Shown here in pieces: positions 46,590-57,659 of a DNA stretch of 64,000 nucleotides (its first letter is position 1; every line of letters begins with the position of its first letter). The stretch comes from Cyanidioschyzon merolae (taxonomy: Eukaryota), in assembly GCA_000091205.1 (NCBI GenBank), contig AP006487.2; one strand, 5' to 3'. The position numbers were made by a program, and so were the translations under genes. The notes under the pieces are model-generated. The model did not search any database, was not told the origin of the DNA, and was given only the letters and a program-made list of their open reading frames with translations.

Positions 46590-47885
46590 GAAAAGTGCAA
46601 GGATAACTGTATTCCTCCTTCAGGTCAGCGATACCACAGTACCTAGATGGTTGAGGAACACTGAAAGAAACAAGTAGATGCGCTCGACGCTAAAAATCGA
46701 TATTCACAAAGCGTACTTAAAGTCAATTTTAGAACAAGACCCGTTGGTAACCTTATGGGACGCAAACGCGACGATAGCAGCCTCAATGGGCGTCTCTTTT
46801 TCTCAACCGCTTATTCGTGTGCGCCTGATAACACTGAGATTCGCTCGCCAAGAAGAGTCCTAGTTCAACCAAAGCTATCTTCCACTGGAATCGCAACGAC
46901 AGCGTTCCTGGAACGTCGCTATCGGTGGGAAGCGCAGGGACATCGGTTTGGTTCACTCGATGTAACTTTGATCTGACCAGATGTTCGGACCGTATATAGG
47001 TATTCGCCGAGCAGGACTCCCATTGTATGCACGATCGAACACGAAGAGAACGACAACATCATCTGTTCTAGCTGTCTTGGACACATTTGGCGGCCTCAGT
47101 TTCGCTCGTCGCGAAGGCTCATACAACAGCACCTACCACTTTGTCGAATCGTTGAAGGCCTTTTCGTTTGCATCCGAGCTTTTGCCAAGTCTATCGGGGA
47201 GAACTACCGTTCATTCCTGCGTACACTCCGTGGTTCAACCTCACAGAAAGAAGTGATTTCTATCGTGAAAAGTAATGAGCGCTCCACTGGGTGAATCGCT
47301 GAAGTCTTCAGCGCGGTGACACACAGGGACATATTTCATCTCTCATTGGCAAATCCGTGTCGCTCAGAGAAGGTCCTGACCTAAGGGCATCAACAATTGC
47401 GTTCATTTGAAGAAAGAAAAAGTCCAAGGGAAAGGTGTGGACATTGAAGTCGAGGATCCTGGAGCCCGGTCATCGCCAGCTGCCGGGAGAAGAAAAATCT
47501 CTTCGCGCGGACCATCGAGCGAAGAAGATCAAGCGACGAAGAAGAGGAAGGAGATAGGCGAGAAAAGGTTACGCCTGACGGGACGATGACGAGACTGTGG
47601 TGGTACAGAAGGCACGATTTCTAGGATTCCTACGAGTCCTGCATCCCAACAACGACAATGCACACAGTGAGCTCATAGGCCGAGACGTCAACGCCGTCAT
47701 CAATATCAGACGATGTGCGGTGCTGGACATGAGATTCGGCGAGCTGACGCAATCCAACTTTGTGGGGCAGTTTCTCAGGCTCGAAGTGTAAGGAGAAGCT
47801 GAAGCCGATAGAAGAGAGCCGTTCGAAACAGACTGGGAGGCGTCTGCAGGTGGATATTAATTTACGCTGGACTGCAAGAACCAAA
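46590..47885 (+). mobile_element. Family F copy F4: Tc1-like relic plus a TnpB/Fanzor-like fragment
   Basis: An HTH-like region (ATIAASMGVSFSQPLIRVRL) is followed by transposase remnants, then a K/R-rich segment (KGKGVDIEVEDPGARSS...KKRKEIGEKR). After a frameshift comes RDDDETVVVQKARFLGFLRVLHPNNDNAHSELIGRDVNAVINIRRCAVLDMRFGELTQSNFVGQFLRLEV. The terminus is AAGGAGAAGCTGAAGCCGATAG...GGTGGATATTAATTTACGCTGG. Confidence 0.6.
47597..47791 (+). pseudogene. TnpB/Fanzor-like C-terminal fragment (GRDVNAVINI) within F4
   Basis: ...NAHSELIGRDVNAVINIRRCAVLDMRFGELTQSNFVGQFLRLEV. It is colinear with the F3, F1 and F5 fragments. Confidence 0.5.
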
Positions 47886-47924
47886 TCTAACCGCTTATTA
47901 GCAACTCCATAACAATGCCGTTCG

Positions 47925-48485
47925 ACCTGTATGTTAAGAGTTGAAAGGGGGAAAAAGTTTCCATATTTTCGAAAGTTTGCCCTCCAGGCACATGGCCCCG
48001 CAAGCCCGACGAGTATGCCGGCGAATGCTTCAAGCTCTCCCTGGTGGCAGGTGCTTTAATGAGATCTAACCAGCTAGTCCGATACGCAGTTTATTTTGGG
48101 ACTAGGAGAGGATATGATATGTCTGAGCGGCGGCCTGGCCGCAGTGGACTCCTAGTATATCGCTTTCCGCTGCCGCAGACAGTACGTCTGTCTGCACAGC
48201 TCTCAGACTCCCAGAATGAATACGCACTTCGAGTCCGTGTCAGATGCACCACGCCTCGAGCCGACGCCCTTAACGGTATGGCAATGCTGTTCTGCCTCTA
48301 TGTTGCATCCGCACCCGCGCTATAGCCGCTAAGGCGGGTGCTCATGGCATGCTCGGCGCACGATAGAACAACGAAACGACCAGTACATCCGAGAGTTAGT
48401 ACGGGGAATGGAACTTGAAGGTAAGGTGCATCATGATGGACGCTTTCCCCGAAGCGAATATCCATCCCGCAATCTGGGATCCATT
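47925..48485 (+). repeat. Repeat family D copy D2
   Basis: Homolog of D1, immediately downstream of the F4 terminus. The 3' roughly 210 nt (48250-48462) are about 95% identical to D1. Confidence 0.6.
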
Positions 48486-48563
48486 GTCAATCTAAAGGTT
48501 TTGTCAAAAACAATTGCTGCGCGGATCGGCCGTGAACATACACGCGTGCCATAGAGCTTATCT

Positions 48564-49352
48564 ATGGATTATCACAGGAGAAAAGTCGTTTGTTTTGTCC
48601 AGACACTTGCAGGGACCAGAAGAACTTACAGGTCAGGACTAGCAGTATCAGAGCGAACGAGAACAGCGATCAAACACTTTGTGTCGTTTCCACAAAAGTT
48701 TAATCGAGTGGAAAGCAGGTTGCACGAGATTTCAGCTGTTGCAGGTGTCCTTATGACTTCGCACAAAGTAAACGCCAATAAAAACGAACCTGGAACACAA
48801 AAAAAGTTTTGTATCTTAACCGTCTGCCTGGGAAACCTTTGCCGTTCGCCTGCAGCAGAGGCCATTCTAAAAAAGAAGATCGCGGAACAGGGGCTCGAAA
48901 ACTTGTTCTATGTGGACTCCTGTGGCACGGGCGGCGGGAACCCCGACTGGTACATAGAGAACGGCTGGAGCTATCACGAAGGTGACCGAGCTGATCCGCG
49001 AATGGTTCGAATCGCTTCAGAAAGAAATATCAAGGTTGATTCGATATCCCGGCCCATGAAACCGGATGATCTAGAAAAATTCGACCTTATCGTTGTCATG
49101 GATGCTGAAAACGAGAGGGAGGTCCGCAAAGCTGCTGCGTACTGGGGGAAGAAATATGTCGAACTTGCAAAAAGCAAAGTGGAACAAATTACCAAGTACT
49201 GCCGGCACAGGAAAGATATCCGGGAGGTTCCCGACCCCTGGTATCATGGAGGTGACAGCATGCGCCTCGTGCTCGATATTCTTGAAGATGCATGTGAGGG
49301 GCTGCTTCAGTCCGTCACAAAGCAGCTTAATCTGGAGGAGCAGAGGAAGTGA
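48564..49352 (+). CDS. Low-molecular-weight protein tyrosine phosphatase (LMW-PTP) with an N-terminal extension of about 90 aa
   Basis: 262-aa ORF. It has the P-loop CLGNLCRSPAAEA (CX4CR(S/T) signature) and a DP-loop EVPDPWYHGG. The length of the extension suggests targeting or an internal start (MTSHKVN...). Confidence 0.85.
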   Translation: MDYHRRKVVCFVQTLAGTRRTYRSGLAVSERTRTAIKHFVSFPQKFNRVESRLHEISAVAGVLMTSHKVNANKNEPGTQKKFCILTVCLGNLCRSPAAEAILKKKIAEQGLENLFYVDSCGTGGGNPDWYIENGWSYHEGDRADPRMVRIASERNIKVDSISRPMKPDDLEKFDLIVVMDAENEREVRKAAAYWGKKYVELAKSKVEQITKYCRHRKDIREVPDPWYHGGDSMRLVLDILEDACEGLLQSVTKQLNLEEQRK

Positions 49353-50030
49353 AGAGTTCCAAGGATGTTTGAATCTAAGCGGGGCACCAAACGAGTGAGA
49401 TGTGCATCCGCTGTTGTATAACTGGCGATTCTTGGAGACGGTTTCCTCCGCGCACACGTTGAGAGGCCACCACGAGTAAAGGATTCGGATGTGGGCGCTT
49501 CTTGGTAGAGCAGCTATATTGTCCACTGAAGAAAAACAAAGAAAATTCGCCTTCCATCAAAGCCTTAGTATACTAGTGCTTCACACGACGGGGGCGTTTC
49601 AGAATGGGCCCAGCCCTATTGGCAGCAACCTTCGCTAGGATCGCCCTGGGCGCCTTATTCGAAACCGGTATTCCGAAGACTCGCAGCGACTGACCCTAGA
49701 ATACGTCATCTTCTCTCGGTAACCTGAGCCCCTCGCCTCAATTCCAATATCGACCTTAACAGTGCTGAAATGGTGAAGTCCGCAGACCAGATATGTGCTG
49801 AACCAAACGTCCTCTTTGCTGCCCGTGCGCGACCATCCGCCATTACATTAGTGAATTCGGCGCTAAATGTGTGTCCTCACTCGAATGCATGCAAATTTCA
49901 TGCTGAGCTGCCTCTTGGGACTAAATAATTATCAGCCATTGCTGAACAGAGCGCGCTTTTGCCGTTTGCTGCTCTCCGTCGCCGACTCCAACTGCGTCCA
50001 TGAGTACATCGCTTCGGATATGGAGGTGTT

Positions 50031-52031
50031 TCACTGCTTCGTTTCATTTTTGTCTCTAGCCGGCTCAATCTGCACAAAATCTGGCTCCATGTCATCTTCA
50101 TTGGCATCTTCATGGTCTAGAGAGTCTTCTTCATCCTCCAAGTCGATTATTGCATCCGCTAATAGGTCGATGTCGCGCTGAAACAGCTGAACCTCTTCCG
50201 TTCGATCGCTACCTGCAGCGGTGGCGGGGTCCTGCTTCTTGCTCAGCACTCGCATCGATCGACGGGTTGCGGCTTCCACAAATGTGTCTGGAGCATTCGT
50301 TAGTCGGCGACCACTGCGTACACTTGCCCCGAAATCGGTGGCCTGCGAGTTTCGCGCGTGCGAGTGCCGGAATCCGTAGAAAATATAAATGCATAAGCCG
50401 ATAAGGGTCCAAAACAAGAGTAGCAACAGCCCAGTACGACTGAGCTGAAACAGAAGCACAATCGAAAAGAATGCACCTAATGCCGGCGTCCATGGCATAA
50501 GTGGGCAAAGAAAACGTGGAGGGTCCGATTCGCTGGCCAAAGGTACTCGGGCGAGCAGCAAAAGCGGGACTCCCGCAATGAAGCCGCCACCGAGCATCGA
50601 TGCCGCGCTTTCGTTTCCCACTCTCCAGATCAATGCGCACAAAACGAAGCTCACAGATAAAAGAGTTAGGAGGCCACCAGAGTCGCGGCCGTGACCACTG
50701 ACGATAAGTCGAGTGCGAATCAACGCAAGGCAGACCGCCGCATAGGCAACAAGGGTACCGGCGCTGATCATATCGGATAGGCTGTGAAGCGGGAATAGCA
50801 GCGCAATAATCGCCAATCCTACTCCACACAGAATCGTGGCCGCTCGTGGTGTATTCCCGGATCCACTGAGTTCTCCAAAAATTTCCGGAAGAAGTCCATC
50901 TCTGGACATTGCCATGAAGAGTCGTGGTTGAGCTAACAGGGCAATCATCGCTGTATTTTGAAGACCAATAACTGTCCCAATTGCGACGATTTTCGCGAAG
51001 AATGTGCTCCCAGCGTACTCAAAAGCGCCTGCAAACGGCGCAGTATCGGATAATTGTGAATACGGTTGTATTCCGGTCACAATGATTGAGGCGATTATAC
51101 AAACACTAGCCACGATGCCAAGACTAGCCAACATGGCGAACGGTACATTGCGAGTGGGAGCGTGCGATTCTTCCGCCACAGTAGCTACCTCGTCAAAGCC
51201 CACATATGCGAAAAACAAGGATGCTGATCCGGTTAAAACCGAACGCCACCCGTAAGGCAGAAATGGAGCCCAATTCCGCGGACGGATAAGGTGCAATCCG
51301 AAGAAGAAGACTGCGAGCAGCACTCCACCGAAAACCAGCGTTGAGAACCCAACGATGTAGCGCCCCTCGCGAAGACCAGAGGCAAGCAAAAGGGTAAGCA
51401 CAAGTATCAAAAGCGGAGCCAGCAATGATATGTTGTGCTCACCAACTTCTATCGATGCTGTTTGCGAGAACCCGTGCCTTACATAGGCAGCCCATGAGCG
51501 CGCTATCGCAGCACTAGCCACGCCATACTCCAGAGAGAGGCACCAGCCTACGAGAAACGCTGCCAGCTCCCCCAAGGTTGCATAGGCAAAAGAGTAAGCG
51601 CCACCGCACGATGGTATACGTGAAGACATCTCCGCATACGATAACCCTACAAGCGCGCAGACTCCTGCAGCAAGAAGGAAGGAGATGCTCACTCCTGGCC
51701 CAACAGCAGTGCGCGCAGCCCTTCCAAGAAGAAAAAAAAGGCCAGCACCCAATGTACCGGAAACGCCGACAACAACGAGGTCAGCTAGCGTAAGCACACG
51801 TGCGCTTTCTGGGTGACAGCGACTCGTCTCCGCATTAAGCTGGTCTATAGGTTTTATCCGAAAGGATGATTGATAGAACTCTTTGCTTAACCTCTTGAAG
51901 CCGCCAAAACGATCGGAACTCGAGCTCTCAACGGGCTCCATCCTAGTCAAGTAGGCGAAAACGGCTCTCGAGAGACCTTTCTCGGTGCCTTGCGCTGCCA
52001 GCCGGCGAGTTGTGCCTGGGCGCCACGCCAA
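50031..52031 (-). CDS. Amino-acid permease, APC superfamily (cationic amino-acid transporter-like)
   Basis: 666-aa ORF with about 12 hydrophobic segments. An N-terminal block GVSGTLGAGLFFLLG and further blocks (FAYATLGELAAF, EYAGSTFFAKIVAIGTVIGLQNTAMIALLAQPRLFMAMSRDGLLP) are typical of AA_permease_2/CAT-like transporters. The C-terminal tail is acidic. Confidence 0.8.
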   Translation of the reverse strand: MAWRPGTTRRLAAQGTEKGLSRAVFAYLTRMEPVESSSSDRFGGFKRLSKEFYQSSFRIKPIDQLNAETSRCHPESARVLTLADLVVVGVSGTLGAGLFFLLGRAARTAVGPGVSISFLLAAGVCALVGLSYAEMSSRIPSCGGAYSFAYATLGELAAFLVGWCLSLEYGVASAAIARSWAAYVRHGFSQTASIEVGEHNISLLAPLLILVLTLLLASGLREGRYIVGFSTLVFGGVLLAVFFFGLHLIRPRNWAPFLPYGWRSVLTGSASLFFAYVGFDEVATVAEESHAPTRNVPFAMLASLGIVASVCIIASIIVTGIQPYSQLSDTAPFAGAFEYAGSTFFAKIVAIGTVIGLQNTAMIALLAQPRLFMAMSRDGLLPEIFGELSGSGNTPRAATILCGVGLAIIALLFPLHSLSDMISAGTLVAYAAVCLALIRTRLIVSGHGRDSGGLLTLLSVSFVLCALIWRVGNESAASMLGGGFIAGVPLLLLARVPLASESDPPRFLCPLMPWTPALGAFFSIVLLFQLSRTGLLLLLFWTLIGLCIYIFYGFRHSHARNSQATDFGASVRSGRRLTNAPDTFVEAATRRSMRVLSKKQDPATAAGSDRTEEVQLFQRDIDLLADAIIDLEDEEDSLDHEDANEDDMEPDFVQIEPARDKNETKQ

Positions 52032-52263
52032 CGCAACCGGCCATCATGCGGCTACTGTTCGTATTCCCGCTTCTGTGGATAGCGAGTCTGCGGGGAAATC
52101 GAGAGATAAGAGGGGGTTGAAGTACGCAGGACCATTTTTTGAGGAACTAAAGTCTCGTTCCTGGTCACCGGCAGCACTCGCAGGCTGCGGTGAAACTGAA
52201 CAAATTCGCCGATCGTACTCTTCCAGAGCGATCGGGGTGGTCCTCCGACCTGCCGCACAACTT

Positions 52264-52662
52264 ATGAACGGCTCTGGGCTGAGGCGCGCTCCAACAGTTC
52301 CAGAGGCGGACGGTATTGCAGCATACTCTCTTGCAACTCGAAGCCTCAACAACCCAGATCAGACTGTTTTCGTCTCTGGCTTTGTTGCAGCCGACGAGTC
52401 GCTTAATAGCGGAGAAGGTGCTGCTGTCACGGATTCACCCGAACGGCTTCTAGCAGAACTTTTTACTCAGTTTGCGCCAGTGCGTCGAGTGTCGATTCCC
52501 AGAGATCGCATTACAGGCAAAATTCTAGGAAACTATGCCTTTGTCGAGTTTTTTTCAACGGAGGATGCGAGCTATGCAGCAAAGGTGGTGGACGGCGTGA
52601 GGTTCAACGGTCGCCGTTTGCTTGCGAGAGGGCCGTCAGTGCAGCAGCTCTCAGAGAAGTGA
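52264..52662 (+). CDS. Small RRM-domain RNA-binding protein
   Basis: RNP-1-like NYAFVEFF and RNP-2-like VFVSGF lie within an RRM of about 80 aa. The tracked ORF (51985-52662) overlaps the permease N-terminus, so the start is taken at the internal ATG at 52264. Confidence 0.5.
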   Translation: MNGSGLRRAPTVPEADGIAAYSLATRSLNNPDQTVFVSGFVAADESLNSGEGAAVTDSPERLLAELFTQFAPVRRVSIPRDRITGKILGNYAFVEFFSTEDASYAAKVVDGVRFNGRRLLARGPSVQQLSEK

Positions 52663-55600
52663 AACCGCTGCGAGTCGCGAGAGCACCAATGTTGGCCCCT
52701 TCTTTCCATGGAGACCGGCAGGATGCAGTGCTGGTTGCGGGCGCGGTTTGTAGCCAGATGACGTGCTGTTCGGGCAATACAGTCTTTGGAGTTGCAAAAA
52801 GCAGTCCGCTGTACTCTTGCAGGTGACTTTTAATGCTGTATTAAGATGCACGGGAAGTGGACCCATCTTAAATGCCTCATCCCTGCTGCGAAGAACAAAG
52901 AACGGCATCGTGTGCACTCGTTGAGGCGATGCAGCTTCGCAGATTCTAGCGAGAATATGATTGTTCTTGAGACGATCGCGAGCTCCTCATAGAGCCCTTC
53001 AGAGCTCGAGTTTCTCTTGAGACTTGCTGTATTCTAATATATCGCTGTGACGCCTATTGCGAGCTGAGATGTGGAAGCGAGCGAGTATATACTTAATAAT
53101 ATTGACTAATGGAACTCCAATCTTGTTTTTCAATTGCCAAGAATAATCATCCGCAGTGTGTATATACGATGCGTGAATCTTGCTGTGTCGATGAGCATTA
53201 GCGTAAAAATGCCTTGCCCCAGGTGAGTATCCAATACTCTCTCTTCTGCATACTGATGTTTTTACCGGAATTCTTCTGCGTATCAGCACGATGCTCGCTC
53301 TGAGTACGAAACGATTACGTCGAAACCTCGTCCGCCACAAAAGCCGCTGAAACCTCCCGAAGCACGTGCCATTTCCGGTAAACGACCGTGGCGTTAATGC
53401 CGCGGGGCATAAAGAGCTCGCGTGCATTTTTGCTCGAGGAAAGACTCCATCGCGAGCCTACCCGCCTCGATATCCCCGCCATCTGATGCTCGGTCAGCTT
53501 CCCGTACACCATCTCGAGCGCCCGGCTCTGTTTCACGCTTTACTTCTCTACCAGTATCAGCGTGCACCCGTGCTCGCCATGCACGTGTGTCGCCCTGAGC
53601 GCATCGGTAGGACTCGCACAGAATCCATTCCTGTACTCGTTCTACGCGCTCATCGAAGGCGCAGGTGTGCAGTCTTTCCATGCATAGCATGTCCAGCGCT
53701 ATCGGCTTGCGCCCAGCAACTCTACCTATGGTTCATTTCCTTGACCATTTCGATGAAGAGTTTCTCGAAAGCGCGATTATTCCTTCTGTAGACACGAAAA
53801 TGTTGGTGATCCCGACACGGTCTCATGTAAACCTGCGAAAGCTCTTTCGCATGAGCCATATTATGGATGAGTAATATCTGGATGCAGCGCACAAAGCATC
53901 CGCCTCTATTCGAGGCTGCCACCACTGCGTCTATGTGGGTCTTGGCGCCATTCTTGTACTTAATCGCGTCTCCTGGTGACCTTCATACCTGACTCCAGAT
54001 AATATCGAGCCTTGAGGAAGCTTAGCAGGGGCGCTTGTGTTCCTTTTGAGGTCTTTGGTTGCCTCCTCTTGAATTGGAGAAACGGCTATGGCCATGACAC
54101 CCTTCAAACAGGGAACAAAGCTTACCACGAAGTCTTTCTCATCATTTGTCTTGAACGGTTGAGAATGGGGCAACTTGGTCAGTTCCGGCAAAGGTATCTT
54201 GAAGTACATGCAAGCGAATATTCAGGGAGTCTCCATTGTCACAGTAAACTTGCGTACATTTTCCCTGTAGACGAGAAACCTTGAACGAGCTCGGCCAGCG
54301 CTCTTCTCGAAGTCATTTGAATGCTTCTTGCTTACAGAGACCAGCAGCAACTAACTACTCGGGCCATGCAATTTAGTAAATAAGTGTCCACCGTGGTATA
54401 CTGGGTCTTTACGTGACGTGCGTGGACCCCATCCAGTAGGCGCTGTATCTCACTTTTAAGAACAGTCTCCCCGATAATGTGTTCCAGTAGGTAGCCCATG
54501 AAAACGGTCCCAGCATTACCTTTCCGCTCCGCGAGTACCTCATTCCTGTCCTTCGTCGTCCTCTTTTCGGAAGTATCTTTCTCATATTGGTCCGGGAGAT
54601 TCTTCTTCTTCCCTTTTCCTTTGGGTTGCTTCAAGGATTTTGTAACTGTACCCCATATCCGTTTTCATCTCGAGACTAGATCATACTCGGTGGACGCTCG
54701 GACTGCATCTCGCCTGTTCTACACATGTGCATAATATTTCTCATGCACCTGTTCGTCGTGATCTCGGTTAAGAGCACGCGCATGGACCGAAGCACGCTTT
54801 TCCGGTCTCTGTTGCGCGCGGATAGAGAAGCAACACATCAGTCCACGGCTGGCAAACGTTAAGAGCAACCGGTCGACGAAAGATTTGTGGAAAACGTTTG
54901 GTGAAAAGGGTGCAAACGACTCGTCTTTTGATCCGTGAGCGTGAAACTGGCTTTAGACAACGGAGGCGAATCCTTCGCCTGGATGGAGCTGCGTAAGAGA
55001 GGCTGGCACGAAGAGCAGCCCCTTGCGCATCCCACCTGCGCACTTGATGAGCGCTTGAGTGCTGTTGGAGCTTGCGTTGACTGGGAGCAAAAAAGAGGAA
55101 TTTTAAAAGAAAAGCCACGAATTTCTTCGAAGAAGAATTTGGTATAGAACAATGCTGTCTGTTTGGCGAGCAGTAGGCGAACGTATGATTGAATCGCCGC
55201 CATGGCTGCATTCGTCGCAAAGCTCGCTTGTCTTGTTATACCGAACAGCGATTTGCTCTTCTTTGACCATCCATATATTGCCCAACAACTTCTCCAACAC
55301 AAATTCCCATCAACTGAAACGCACAATTGTGCCTCAAGTAACATGCGTTCACGTTTCAGTACGAAATTGATTATACGTGTTGTTCAGTGCGTGACGGTCT
55401 CCCATTGAAGTCTGCCATTTCTCCTCTGTCCGTGGCTCTTCATCACTATTCGTATCAACGGTAAGGAAATTTCGCATCCAGTGGCTCCTTTGATAGCACT
55501 TCTCAGAGAACGTATAGAAAGGAATGGAGTGACGAGGAGACTGCTGCGAACACAGAGTTCAATAATTTCTGTTTTGGGAGCACCATGTTGAGGATTCTTA

Positions 55601-55944
55601 CTGCGAGAAGGGTGGTTCTTCAACCTGCTGACCGAAGAATCACTGAACTGCACATGTGAATCCGTTTCTTTCAAGCTTGCATTGAGTGTATAAAGCCCTT
55701 CCGTAACCGTTCCCCTATCTGCAGGATGTACACCTTATGCCGAATGCCTGAAAAAACAAAAACCAAACGGGTGCGTGTTGGTGCATGTGTTCTAGAATTC
55801 TCTGTTCTGTATCTAACGCCGCACATATACCAAAACGTTCAAGCGGAGACTCAGTGCGGCACGCGGAATGCAGAGAGGCTCTGAAAATGAAGCGCATCTT
55901 CAATTTAACTCCAATCCTGGATTCGAATTTCTGAATGAAATTAC

Positions 55945-57279
55945 TCAGGCGCTTGGCCACCATCGTTGGCCATCTTTTCCGAGATCGTGAAGAACTGTTC
56001 CGGCCGGAGCCGGAGGTCCCAGAGGGTTCGGTGCCGTTGATGGATCAATAGGAAGCAGCGAACACTGGGCAATCTGTTGAAGCAAGTGATCAACAAGAAC
56101 GAGCGCGACCATGGCTTCTACCATCGGAACAGCACGAGGCAACACACAGGGATCGTGTCTGCCCTTCGCGCGAAGGACTACTTGCTCACCGGCACGCGTC
56201 ACTGTATTCTGTTCGCGTGATATCGTAGAGGTCGGTTTGAAGGCGACGCGACATACAATGTTCTCTCCGTTCGAGATGCCTCCTTGAATACCTCCGGAAC
56301 GGTTCTCCCTCGCTCGCGTCCTACCATTGCTATCTATATAGAAGGGATCGTTGTGCTCTACACCCGTTAGCAAAGTGCCCCCGAAACCCGAGCCTACTTC
56401 AAAGCCTTTCGATGCTGGAAGCGACATGAGGGCTTTTGCGAGTTCAGCTTCGAGCTTGTCAAACACCGGTGATCCTAGCCCGGCAGGGACGTTCCTTGCA
56501 ACGCATTCAACAACACCGCCGACACTGTTACCTGTTCGGCGAATTTCATCGATAAGCTGGATCATTTGAGATGCTGCCTCTGAATCAGGGCAGCGAACGA
56601 TGTTCGATTCGATTTGCTCGTACGAAACCACGTTGGGATCAATATTCGCTGCCTCGATATGCTTCACGCTTTTCACGTAGGCAAGAATTTGTGTTCCCGC
56701 ATATGTCCGAAGGATCTTTTTGGCAATGGCGCCTGCAGCAACACGTCCTATTGTTTCCCGAGCTGATGAACGTCCACCGCCAGCGACGGCGCGTATGCCG
56801 TACTTTGCATCATAGGTTGCATCCGCGTGCGATGGTCGATAGCTTACCTTCATTGCCTCATAATCCTGAGACCTTTGGTCTGTGTTTCGAACAACGATAG
56901 CTATAGGTGTACCCATAGTGACACCGTCGACGACGCCAGAGAGGATCTCCGCTTCATCTGCTTCGTTCCGTGGTGTCGTGAGCCTAGACTGTCCCGGTCT
57001 ACGCCTGTTTAACTCAATCTGAACGTCTTCTATAGTAAGTGGCAGCCGTGGTGGGCAACCATCAATGACAACTCCGACTCCACCACCGTGGGATTCACCA
57101 AAAGTCGTTATTCGAAATATCCTCCCAAAAGAGTTGCCGAGACCCATGAACAACTCACGAGCGCAAACCAGCTTCCCCGGAAGCGATCTTCCATTTCTGT
57201 GGAGAGGAACTCGGTAGTCTGTTGCTGTCGCCGCTGCTGCAGGCCGCCCAGGGCAGGCAAGAGGGGAAAGAACGAACAT
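55945..57279 (-). CDS. Chorismate synthase, with a possible 44-aa N-terminal extension (alternative start at 57147)
   Basis: From [33 protein letters not shown] the ORF aligns with chorismate synthase along its length ([65 protein letters not shown]). The 44 aa upstream (A/R/P-rich, no acidic residues) could be a transit or presequence, or may be untranslated. Confidence 0.9.
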   Translation of the reverse strand: MFVLSPLACPGRPAAAATATDYRVPLHRNGRSLPGKLVCARELFMGLGNSFGRIFRITTFGESHGGGVGVVIDGCPPRLPLTIEDVQIELNRRRPGQSRLTTPRNEADEAEILSGVVDGVTMGTPIAIVVRNTDQRSQDYEAMKVSYRPSHADATYDAKYGIRAVAGGGRSSARETIGRVAAGAIAKKILRTYAGTQILAYVKSVKHIEAANIDPNVVSYEQIESNIVRCPDSEAASQMIQLIDEIRRTGNSVGGVVECVARNVPAGLGSPVFDKLEAELAKALMSLPASKGFEVGSGFGGTLLTGVEHNDPFYIDSNGRTRARENRSGGIQGGISNGENIVCRVAFKPTSTISREQNTVTRAGEQVVLRAKGRHDPCVLPRAVPMVEAMVALVLVDHLLQQIAQCSLLPIDPSTAPNPLGPPAPAGTVLHDLGKDGQRWWPSA

Positions 57280-57659
57280 GGAAGCAGCGGGGCGTCGGTA
57301 CTGTCTACTAGAATGCCTCAGCTCGGGAGACGCCTTCCTTCCACCACGAGCGACTTATTGGACCAGTCAACGACTTTGGCCTATGCGTGGCACAGATTGC
57401 TTGTCTGAAAATCCTCTCACGAATACCCTGACACACGAAACTTCGCTTTGGAAAGAGTGGTATGACCAAACACATTGCGAGAAACATTTTATGTCCGTCC
57501 GCAGTTCGGCGGCGATGACTACACCCATATCAGATTAAAATATGACGGGTCCCCGCGCGCAGGCGTGTCTGCTGAAGCTTCAGTTTGTTATGCGCGTCAC
57601 AAACAGCTGCATTCGACGGCTTTTTCTGTGCCTGATGCCTTTTACCCGTCACCTCAGCG

